This document shows positions 1 through 11,060 of a DNA stretch of 64,000 nt, piece by piece (the stretch's first letter is position 1; every line of letters starts with the position of its first letter). Origin of the DNA: Geosiphon pyriformis uo1 (Eukaryota; Fungi; Glomeromycota). Both the position numbers and the translations under genes were made by a program. A model generated the notes under the pieces. It did no database searches. It had not been told where the DNA came from and was given only the letters and a program-made list of their open reading frames with translations. The DNA lies in NCBI GenBank assembly GCA_016748015.1, contig JAAOMT010000324.1, positions 62,001 to 126,000 of the forward strand, in the 5' to 3' direction.

Positions 1-305
1 TATATATTAACAGATAGTTTACCAAAAAAACACAACTGCCAGAATAAATCAGTCATCACACTAAAGACAGAAATTGGGAAAACTACTTAGAACACACTAT
101 AAACATTAGTCATTGAATTTCTGTCTATTATACAAAAAACTCCACCCAAAACCTTTAAATCACAAAATCTTCAGATCATAAAATCTTCAGATCACAAAAT
201 CTTTAGATAACCAAAACCTTTAGATAATACCAATTATATCAGTCATCAAGCACCAAGTTATAGATTTGTTATTTGATTTAAGGTCCCAAATAATTATCTG
301 TAATA
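1..305 (+). repeat. 5' LTR (3' part) of element A
   Basis: Direct repeat of the 3' LTR end; terminates TGTAATA (3' LTR: TGTAACA); carries five ~16-bp AAAACCTTCAGATCAC-type units versus three in the 3' LTR. Confidence 0.93.
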
Positions 306-324
306 TTTGGTGCTCTCTATGAAG
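306..324 (+). promoter_or_regulatory. Primer-binding site (tRNA 3'-end complement)
   Basis: TT-TGGTGCTCTCTATGAAG immediately after the LTR. Related TGGTGTTCTCT follows the B LTR (20100) and TGGTATTCTTT occurs on - at ~52618-52628. tRNA identity unresolved; not the usual initiator-Met PBS. Confidence 0.8.
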
Positions 325-367
325 TATAATCTAAGAAAACTAGCACTAACAGCATCCATTTGAAACA

Positions 368-3300
368 GTGACAGAATTCGAAGAAACAGAAACAAACCAT
401 TTGGGATTTACAAAATACTTATTCCAATATTATTACACCTATCTTGGATTAACAAAAAATAGTTGGCCAACAGAATCAGCTTTTAATTACTATGTTAACA
501 AAAAAATAGTATATTATTTGGGAGGCCAAGGAGATCCAGAATCTACCTTCAACAATTTCTTTAGTAAACTACTCTAAAACATCATACTGCCACAGAATTA
601 TTTATTTGCTTCACTAATCACAGAAATAAATAGAGAAATAAAAAAATACACCAAAAAAAATTCTCTATTACCTTTGCTGACAAAAAAAAAAAAGATTGCA
701 AATACCAACAGAAACTCCAAAGCAAATACAATTATCTACTTGGAAGAAACAGAGAATTGATTCATCTGTTAATCCATCATACCATCACACATTTGGAAAC
801 ATCATCAATATAATATTAACAGGCACATTTACCACAAATGTAACAACACTATTAAACAGAATCTTATTCCAAAGTAAACAAAAGAAAGCAGAGTTACTAG
901 AAACATACAGTGATTATTTCAAAGAATTTAAATTACAATCCCCAATGCCATTAGGAATTTGATCACCATCACCACAAACAGATTTTGGAATCATTAGTTT
1001 TTGGAAAATAACTGACTTCAAGAGAGAAAAAGATAACAATCAAAAAATTAATAAGCAAAATTCAATTTTAGAAAATCCAGAAATTCAAACTCTGATCATT
1101 CCAACACAGCAAAATCAGAACAATTCAAATACTGCCCCTATTGTTGCCCAAAACTTATCCCCAGTAATTGTGATCAATCTACTACTAGCTGCACCAATCA
1201 CTGAACAGCAACAGCAACAGCCACAACCACCACCTTAGCAGTAACTACAACAGCAACTTCAACTCCAACTGCAACAACAACTATTATTAATATCAATGGC
1301 ATATACACTCATTGTCAAAATTAAGAAATTTACTGGCAAGAAAGATAATGCTTAAGTATGGCTTAACAACATGGAAAAAACCATCACAGCCAATGGATAG
1401 AACAATAATAGAGCCCTTCAAGCAATTCCCTATTTTTTCCAAGATACCACTGATTTATGGTATCAGAGTTTAGCTGCCAAACCACAAACTTTCTAAGAAT
1501 TCAAACTGGAATTTTTGAGATATTTCAGTAACAATAATAGCATTAACTGCTTGGCAAATATCTTTATTACCATTAAGCAAGAAAAAAGTAAAGCAGTCAC
1601 TATCTACTTAGAACACTTCCACAGAAATCTGTGCTAAATTCAAGCCATTAATGCTAATTATTTTACAATAGTCCAGATTTTGAATCAGTTTATTCATGGA
1701 TTATGCAGCAGCATCCTACAATATATACATCCACTACATCCAGCCAATTTTCAAGCAACAGTTACTCACACCAGAGATTTTGAAGCTGTTGAATTAGAAG
1801 CCAATCATGCCCAAGCTGTAAACCTAGTAATAAATGAATCATCTGAATTGGATTCCAAATTGAAACAATTTAGTAATTTAATTAATCAGAAACTAGAGAG
1901 ATACTTAGTTAACAACAATCAGACAATATATTAACTGCTCCAATATTGCAACAATTCCAGAATTATCAATTAACACTAGAATTAATTGTGTCCAGTGCCA
2001 GCACGACTATCATGACAGCAAAAAATACATATCTGCCACTATTGTAGTAAACAAAAACATCTGCAATTTGAATATTGCAAAAGGATAAGTAACCAACAAT
2101 CGAAAAATTAGTATTGAAATTCTGATTGCCAATTTCCAACTCAGAATTATGTTAGTTTTCAAGCATACAAACAATATCAAACTCAACCACATTATGCATA
2201 GGTAACACAACCAATTTATTAAACTCCAATTTATCAACTGGCATTATCTGTAATTTATCAACCATTACAGCCACCAATAATTTATCAAACACCAGCAATT
2301 CCAATACTGCCACCAAATTCAGTTCAAATAGCATCAAGAAATTCCAAATTAAAAGTCATTCAAAACTAGAGATCAGTGATAATTGTCTACCAACCAATCT
2401 TCAGCTTTTCCAACCAACCATTAGGATTACAACAGCAGAGTTTGGGAATTGGTTATTCTCAAAACCCAAATTCCCAGAACTATTTTAGTCTCTTAGTAAT
2501 TTCAAAAAACACTCAACCCAACAACTCAAAACCCAATCCACAGCAACCATTTACCAGCAATATTTTACCAACAACCAGTACCAAAGACAAGACACTTAGT
2601 ACCATATTCTTTTTTGAGCTTGAGAAAACCACATCAGTCCCATTATTTAGTAGAACTGCTCTCAACATTAAGTCCATTATAGCAATGTATACTGATGTTA
2701 TAGTTGATGACTATTCCATCAAACTTATTTTAAACAGCAGTTCAGCAGACAGCATTATCACATAACAACTCATAGACCAATTAAGTTACTGAATTAATTA
2801 TGCTGCCAGCATTTGAATAATCACTGCTAATGAAGTGACAAAAACTCTAATTGGCAAAGATTGATGACTTTCTCTTCAAAGTTAATGGTATCATAATATT
2901 AATCAAAGTCTTAATAATAGAAACTATACAATATTAAGCACTAATTGGTAATGACTGGCTGGTCAAAACCAATATTATACTTGATTAGACCACTTAAGAA
3001 TTGCAACTCAGTCAAAATGGCCAGCACACATGAGTACCAGCCATCTGTGGCCACTTTAAATCTACAACAATACCAGCACCACTAATTGAATTTAAAGAAA
3101 AAAAGGAAAAACCTACTTGGGAAGTCTACTAAGTCTTGTGGGTCAGCAATAAGCACAACAAACTACTGCCCATAATCTTATGGAATGACCAAAAAAAGGA
3201 AAAACAAAAAGAGGAACTTATCTGGAATAATAATCAAATATTGTGGACTGACAATGATCAAGACAAGCTGACACCAATTTGGAAGTAGAAAAAAACTAAA

Positions 3301-6300
3301 AAAGAGAAAGGAAAAGAGAAAAAAGAAGAACCAGTACCAGCAACCACTACAACTTATACCCCATAATCTATACCTTACTACAAATGTCTAACTATTGCCA
3401 ACTAAAACTGATATGTGTCAATTGTGGCAAGAAATTGTCATCAATGGGCACATGCTATAGTGACGATAAAAAATACCCAATGGCAATAAAATTCTATTGT
3501 CATCCTTGCATCTTTGAATGATTTGGATGACCTAAGTAACAAGAAAAATAAGACAATGAATCATGTCTGGCTTGTGAAAAAACTCTTTTCAATGAAGAAA
3601 TATGGAACAACATTCTTGGAAGAGGAGAAACATATAACAAATCATGTTAATACATAATTCTAATCAGTAATTGGATATGCAAAAGAACACCAATAGACAC
3701 TGTTTGGAAAAGAATAATAAAATGCTTAGATAGTTGTCCACATGATAATAACAAAATCTGGCAAATGGCTTTCGCCAAAATAGAAGGTGTGTCAAAAAAA
3801 AAATCAGAGAAATAAAAAATAACTCACCAGAAACCATAGAACTTGAATGGACTCCAAATCCCAATATTGTATTAGACTTTATAGAATCAAAACAATTTCA
3901 CGAACACTACTAAGAATTAGCACCCACCAGAAAAAAACAAAAACAATGTTTGGAGCAGTTGAACACTCAACTGTGTCAACACTGCTTAATTCCCTATAAC
4001 TTTTAGTATTGTAATGAGTGTGATCTTATCTACAATCCACCATCTTACATGATCTATATGATTCTAAAGAAATATGAACCAATTAACAGCTGTGCATTGG
4101 AATCAGAATTAATATTCAATCACAATTTAAACTCTAACAATGATAATAAAAACAATAATTCTAGCTCTATTCAAAATGGCAATAACAACAATAATGATTC
4201 GAACTCCAATTTAAACTCAGAACAGTACATTACACTTCTCAATCTTTTCAAGAAACAAGAGCTCAAATGGTTCAGCTATAATAATGAGGGTATCATACCA
4301 AAGCAAGTACATGATACTGATACAAGATTTAATCTAAGATATTTAAAAAAGAATGCCATTCAATTGAAACCACATTCACATACCTGTATTGATTTAAAAA
4401 TAGCACTAGAAATTTCAGCAACAACAATAGTTCAGTTAGCATCTAGGAGTAGTTTAGTGAAAAAAAAGATTAATATCAGAAGAGAAATAATTGATGCAGA
4501 ATATATGGGAAATATTATTACAATACTACAAAATGATTCAGAAAAAGCCTATATCATAGAGCCAAATAAAAAGATAGCACAGGCAATATTCCTATCTCTG
4601 GTTAAAATAGCTCAGTTAGTATTAGTGGGAAACAGAAAAAAATTAAAAATGACAGCAAGAGAGATACAGGAATTTGAATCCATAGATGTACCAGTCAATA
4701 TGGCAGAAAAAAAAATTGTTGGCAAGGAAGAAATTATCTCTACCTGTCAATTAATTTCTATTCTGCCATATAACCAGTACATATTAGCTATAAAAAAAAG
4801 AGTAAAGAATCAAGCTCAAATTTTTGAAGTGGAAACTACTATTTGTAAATCAGGAAAAATTGGACTTACCAATTTTTACATACCAGTCAAAAGCCCAAAA
4901 CATATTAAAATTCCCATCTACAATACAACAGAAGATGTTATTAAGATACCAAAAAAAACCACCATTGGATATCTAAGTGTTGAAGTTGATAATCAACCAC
5001 CAAACACCATTCCAGATTTTTCACAACTTTGTGAATATGTAGACATTACATCACAAACAATATATGGACAAGAGAAATATTATTTGTTTCAACCAAAACA
5101 ATTAGAACAAATGAATTTAGGAAACTTGAATTCACTGCAACAAATACAAATCAAAATGCTACTCAGCAACTTTATTGACATCTTTGTTAGTGAAAATGAA
5201 TTTGGCAGAACTGACATAATTTAACATCAGATTAAGACTAGAAATGTAATGCCAATTAAGCAAAGAGCATACTGAGTACCACTAGCAAGCCATGAAATCA
5301 TCTGACAGAAAATCAATTGGATGTTAGACAATAGATTAATTCAACTATTAATGAGTTCATGGTCTTCACCAGTTGTATTAGTTTGGAAAAAGAATGGAAA
5401 AATTCAGTTTTGTATAAATTACCAAAAACTTAATGGAGTGACCAAGAAAGATAGCTACTCAATTCTAAAGATCCAAGAACTTTTTAATGCATTTGAAGAA
5501 AAAAAATAGTTTTTAATGCTGGACTTAGATAGCAGTAATTGGCAAATAACCATAAATCTAGCTGATAAAAAAAAGACTGTATTTACAACAAGAGAGAAAA
5601 ATTTCGAGTTTGAAGTAATGCCATTTGGCTTAATAAATGCTTTAGTAATATTCTAATGGCTTATGAAAATTGTCTATATTGGATTGTTATAGAAGTCAGT
5701 AGTTATATATTTAGATAATACCAATCTGTTCTCAAAGACATTTGATGACCATTTTCATCATCTATAACAGGTGTTTGAAAGACTGAGACAAGCAGGGCTA
5801 AAGTTAAATACTACTAAATGCTTCTTTGGTAAAATAAAATTAAAATTTTTAAGACATGTTGTAAACAAAGACAGTATCAAAACAGATCCAAACAAAATTG
5901 AGATAGTTAAAAACTTTCCAGTATCCACCAACTTGACTGAACTATAAGCATTCTTGGAATTTACAGGTTACTACTGCCATTTCATCAAAAACTTTTTTAA
6001 ACTGGCTCAGCCATTACACCAGCTTTAAACAAAAAACACCAAATATGAATAGACAGAAAACTAACAAAAAGCTTTTGATACATTAAGAAGAAAGCTTATT
6101 CAAGCTTCAATACTAATCTATTCAGATTATAGTAAGCCATTTATAATTACAATCAATACATAAGGTCAAGCATTAGGAGCTGTACTATCTTAGAAAAAAC
6201 TAGATGAAAGAGAATACTCAGTAGTATATGCTAATTGTAAGTTAAGTCCAGCTAAAAAAACTATGAAACTCCAACACTAAAACACTTAGCAATCTATTGG

Positions 6301-7923
6301 GCAGTTATGAAATAGAAGAAGTACTTAAGCCAGAAATTTGACATATATACTAACCATAAAAGATTAACTTCAATCCAAAAACAAAAATTTGGAGATGATC
6401 ACTATGCTAGATAGAAAATAAAACTTTCACTATTTAATTATATAGTACATTACAAAAAAAGAAAAGAAAATGGAAATGCTGACAGTTTGTTATAGATGAG
6501 ACAAATTTAAGAACATTTCAATCCAAAAATATAACAAAAGATGAATACACAAAAATATTAACAACTTTAATATTTTATAAATACTTAACAATTCAAGAAA
6601 AAATTATCTCCAAAAGAACAGAACAACATAAAACAACAATCCAAATACTTTATTACTCACCAAAATATATTATATTAGAAAAACAGAAAAAATCCAGATC
6701 AACCATTCAGAGTAATCACAGAACCAAAAAAAGAAACAATACTATTCAATATGTATTCAGATCTAACAGCAAGACATTATCATAAAAAAGCAATCATAGA
6801 AAAAACCAGAAAAAAATATTATTAGTTATCTATATATCCAGACATCATCTAATATGTTTGAAATTGTGATACTTATCAGAAAAAAGAAGGAACAAAATCC
6901 AGTAAGCCATTGAGACTAATTAAAGTAGAATAACCATTTGATCACATTAGAATTGACTTAGTTGGATTATTAACAATAAACAGCAGAGAAAACAGATATA
7001 TAGCAGTAGTCATAGATTATCTTACTAAGTAGCCAGAAGCAAAAGCCATTCAAAGAGCAGATGCAGAATCTATTGCCAAATTTGTTCATCAAGATTTGAT
7101 TTATTAACATGAATGCCCAAAAAAATTACTATTCAACCAAAAAACTCACTTTGTGAATAGAACATTAGCAAAATTAAATTAAAGATTTGGAATAAAAAGA
7201 CCATTATTATCACCATATCATCCACAAACCAATGGCTTAGTTAAAAGATTTAATAGAACATTGTGTGAAACAATTGCCAAAATTAGCCAAGAAAATCAAG
7301 ATGAATGAGATTTGTTTATACTATCAGTATTATTTGCTTATTAGATAATAAAGCAAAACACTACACAAGCAACACCATTTGAATTAGTATATGGTAGAAC
7401 AGCAACATTACCAATAGAAATAAAAGTCAGCATATATTCACCTAAACCAATAACAGAAAACAATTTCCAAGAAACATTGTTGAAAAGAACATATGACTTA
7501 ATAGAAACACTAGAAAACAAACAGCAAAGAGCAGTTGATAATATTCAAAAGTCACAAGAAAAACAAAAAAAAAGACATGATAACCAACTACTAGATAAAC
7601 CAGTTGAATTTAGAATTGGAGACAAAATACTTTTACATCATACCAAAGTAAAAAAACAATGGAGTGAAAAATTCGACTCCAAATAAGATAAACTATTTCA
7701 CATAGAAGAAATTTTAAGAAATAGAGCTTATAAATTAAGATGAAACAACAAAATCTTAATCAAAGCAGCATATGGTGATTGATTGAAACCATATTATCAT
7801 ATAGTATTATCATTTATCAATAATATTTCACAATTGGAAGTACAAAGAATACTAGTCTAACCAGATAAAATTCCACAAGATCTGGAACCAATCATAATCA
7901 TTGAACTGAACATGTCAAATTGA
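368..7923 (+). pseudogene. gag-pol: gag-pol polyprotein of element A, disrupted
   Basis: Capsid-like segment (~1300-1900, AIPYFFQDTTDLWYQSL); decayed CCHC knuckle ~2030; protease LILNSSSADSII (DSG motif decayed); RT SSWSSPVVLV..K..G.IQFCINY and YLDN (YLDD); RNase H; integrase with HHCC, D..D..E region and YHPQTNGLV.RFN. Confidence 0.93.
4285..4690 (+). pseudogene. dut: Trimeric dUTPase domain within pol of element A
   Basis: All five motifs recognisable though mutated: DTRFNL (DAGFDL), SRSSL, IIDAEYMGNI, KIAQAIF, REIQEFES (RGxxGFGS). Confidence 0.9.
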
Positions 7924-7977
7924 ACAACCAAAAAAGTATATAAAGACACAATATATGCAACAAAAGCAACAAAGAAA

Positions 7978-8610
7978 ATAAAAATACCAGATCATATTTA
8001 CATCTTAGTGCAACAATTGTTTCAGGTCTTAAGTTAATAGCAATTAAACATAGAAATTGTTATTAATCACCAAACAATCTGTTATTGAAACACCAAACAA
8101 AAAGGAAAAAGTACACCATATCAACGACCACAGAAACAATCAATAAACTAATCAGATAAAATAGTAGAGAAAGTAAAGAACACTTTTGAAAAAATATTCA
8201 TCATGGTTCTAACAAAAGAATTTTCAAAAAAAAATTGGAAGCAATAGACAAAACAACTCCCAATACCATACTGCTACTATCAATTGGGACAAAAATTGAA
8301 CATTTAGAAATTATATTTTGATAAAGCCAAAAGAATATTCAATCAAGAAATAATACAGAAAATTGAAAATATTATCAGAAAAAAACAAATATAACACTAC
8401 ACATTAAAACAATCTATTGACTATACAAGATATTTCAAAATTACTCAGAAATACTGTTACACTCTAACATGAAAACAATTATTATTAATCAATAAGAAAG
8501 AATAAACAATATGCAAATCAAAGATATAAAAAACAAAGTTGAACAAACAGTATGAGAAAAAGAAGTATTAAACTTAATTCAAAGTGAAAATTTTGATAGA
8601 GCTTAATATT
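7978..8610 (+). pseudogene. Accessory ORF3 of element A, between integrase and PPT
   Basis: Manual translation LVQQLFQVLS..IEIVIN..TPYQR..YCYYQLGQKL..TIY*LYKIF..NFDRA aligns motif by motif with the 235-aa ORF at 16567-17274. Confidence 0.75.
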
Positions 8611-8627
8611 AAAAAAAGAGAAGATAA

Positions 8628-9464
8628 TATTACTTATAAAAAAAACGTATAAAGAAAATAGTAAAAAAACAGATAAATCAATAGGAAAGTAGTAATTAAC
8701 ACGTAAGCACATTGCTCAGCAATGTAATGTTAGAAAATTAAAGCACATTGCTTAGCAATATAAGCATTGCTCAAGAAATTATAGCACATTGCTTGGGAAT
8801 ATAAGCAATCTTGTAAAACCTAAATTATATATATATAGCAAGAGCATTAGAAACAGAAAAAACAGAATTATTACTAAGATCTTCCTACTATCAAATATTT
8901 ATTAGAATTATTAATATCAATAAATAATTATTTATTATCTAAATCACTCTTTCCACTATCAACACTTTATGTTAATAGTATCAAATACTTGATCATGCTA
9001 GAACAATAGCTCTTGATCATGGCTATTAACAAGATACTAACTTTATTGACTTGGCTTACATTTTATTTCTTTAATTTTCTTTTGTATTTTATTTTCTTTT
9101 GTTGTTTACTAATTGATTAAGGATTAAGCACTGAATTATTAATATCAAGAATAGCTTAATAAAAGATCTAGCAATAAGAGTAAAACTTTAATATATATTA
9201 ATGGATAGCTTACCAAAAAGGCATAACTGCCAGAATGAACCAGCCACTATACTAAAGACAAAAATTGGGAAAACTACTTAGAAGACACTATAAATATTAG
9301 TCATTGAATCTCTGTCTATTATACAAAAAACTCTATCCAAAACCTTCAGATCACAAAACCTTCAGATAACCAATACTTTCAGATAATACCAATTATATCA
9401 GTCATTAAGCACCAAGTTATAAGTTTGTTATTTGATTTGAAATCCCAAATAATCATCTGTAACA
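8628..9464 (+). repeat. 3' LTR of element A (~840 bp)
   Basis: Starts TATTAC (TGTTAC) after the PPT and ends GTAACA; U3 AAGCACATTGCTCAG repeats 8705-8810; TATA-like run ~8826-8838; followed by ACAT. Confidence 0.9.
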
Positions 9465-10656
9465 ACATGCAGCAAATTAAATTAAGAAATTCAAAATATA
9501 TATAACATCTGAAAAGCAGCAAGAAATGATAAAACTTTCAACATAGACCTGTCAGATCAAATTCTACAACTTTTAAAACAACTATTTGATACAATTCAAC
9601 AATCATTTGCTCAAATAGAAGTAACAATTGATAAAAAAGAAATACAATATAAAGATAAAACAAAAAAAGAGAGGACAAGAATTCAACTAAAACTAACCAG
9701 TCTCATTCCTATCCAATGCCTAAGAAAGGAAATTGAAGAAAAAATTTCTCTTGGATAGGACAGGAAATAAAAAAAGTTTATAAAAGATACTTGGTCTTTA
9801 AGCTCAAAAAAATTAAAGAAGCTTTAGCTCATGGGATCAAACTCTCCAAAACAGGGAAATAGACACTTAACAATACCCAGGAATGGAAAGAAAGACTTCC
9901 TCCAGCATATTGGTTCTACAAATTAGTGAACAACTAGATTTGAAGACACCATATAAAGACTTTAGCCAGAAAACTTTTAACAAAGAAACAATACAACAAA
10001 TGGAAAAATTCGTAAGAAAAAGCAATTTAATTCTACATTACAAAGCAGCATACTGACTATATGTTACTTTCTAATATTGTCCAAATGTACTGTTGTATGA
10101 ATCTATAAAGATTATAACAGTTAACAACATAGAACAAATAACCAATCAACAGTTTGAAGACCTATAAAAACAATACTTGATGCAATCATCAAACATTACA
10201 TAAATAAAGTCATAATAACAGATACATACAATTTTGCAGGAGCTCAATTCTAAAAAAAAAGAAATAATATTACCCAAGTAGAAAAACTAATCCAAAGTTA
10301 TAAAGAAACATGACCAAAACATAACATAATACAAAATAGCATACAATAATATTAGATAATACGTTATAACTTAAGATAATACAGGATAATATGTTATAAC
10401 ATAGGATAACACAGAATAACATGTAATAATACCAGATAATATATTATAACAGAGGATAACTAAGAATAACATAAAAGAATAAAGCAATAACAGAAATAGC
10501 AAAACAATAATTAGCAATAACAAAACAATCAAAAACAATCCTGTAAAACCAAAAAAATATATAAAAGCAAGTAGTTGCAGAAATTAGAAAAAGACATCTT
10601 GATACAAACCACTAGACAAAAATCAAATATTCTTACACCTTTCATCATTTATTTTA
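9465..10656 (+). mobile_element. 3' fragment of gypsy family C (ORF3 pseudogene, PPT, first ~390 bp of 3' LTR); host of element A
   Basis: ORF3 homolog (LLKQLFDTIQQ..IEVTID..KAAY*LYVTF..IEQITNQQFEDL..NFAGAQ); TTTTGCAGGAGCTCAA plus purine run, then LTR start TATTACC at 10268. Confidence 0.8.
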
Positions 10657-11060
10657 GAAGATGAATATAGAATAAAATAAATAATAAAAGGGGTAAGAAT
10701 ATTTGATTTTTGTCTAGTAGTTTGTATCTAGATGTCTTTTTCTAACTTCTGCAACTACTTGCTTTTATATATTCTTTTGGTTTTATAGGATTGCTTTTGA
10801 TTGTTTTGTTATTGCTAACTATTGCTTTGCTATTTCTGTTATTGCTTCATTCTTCTATGTTATTCTTAGTTATTCTCTGTTATAATATGTATCTGGTATT
10901 ATTACATATTATTCTGTATTATCCCATGTTATAATGCATTATTCTGCATTATCCTAAGTTATAATGTATTATCCAACATTATTGCATGCTATTTTGTGTT
11001 ATGTCACATTTTGGTTACCTTTTTTCATAACTTTGGATCAGTTTTTCTACTTGGATAATA
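10268..11060. repeat. Long palindrome: two ~388-bp partial family-C LTRs in inverted orientation with a 16-bp spacer
   Basis: 10268-10656 is the reverse complement of 10673-11060, differing almost only by transitions. Confidence 0.95.

Larger units (their letters stand above)
1..9464 (+). mobile_element. Ty3/gypsy LTR retrotransposon, family A (5' LTR cut by window edge), inactivated
   Basis: 1-305 aligns with ~9192-9464 (LTR pair). PBS, gag, PR, dUTPase, RT, RH, IN order; purine-rich PPT at ~8611-8624; many in-frame stops. Confidence 0.95.
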
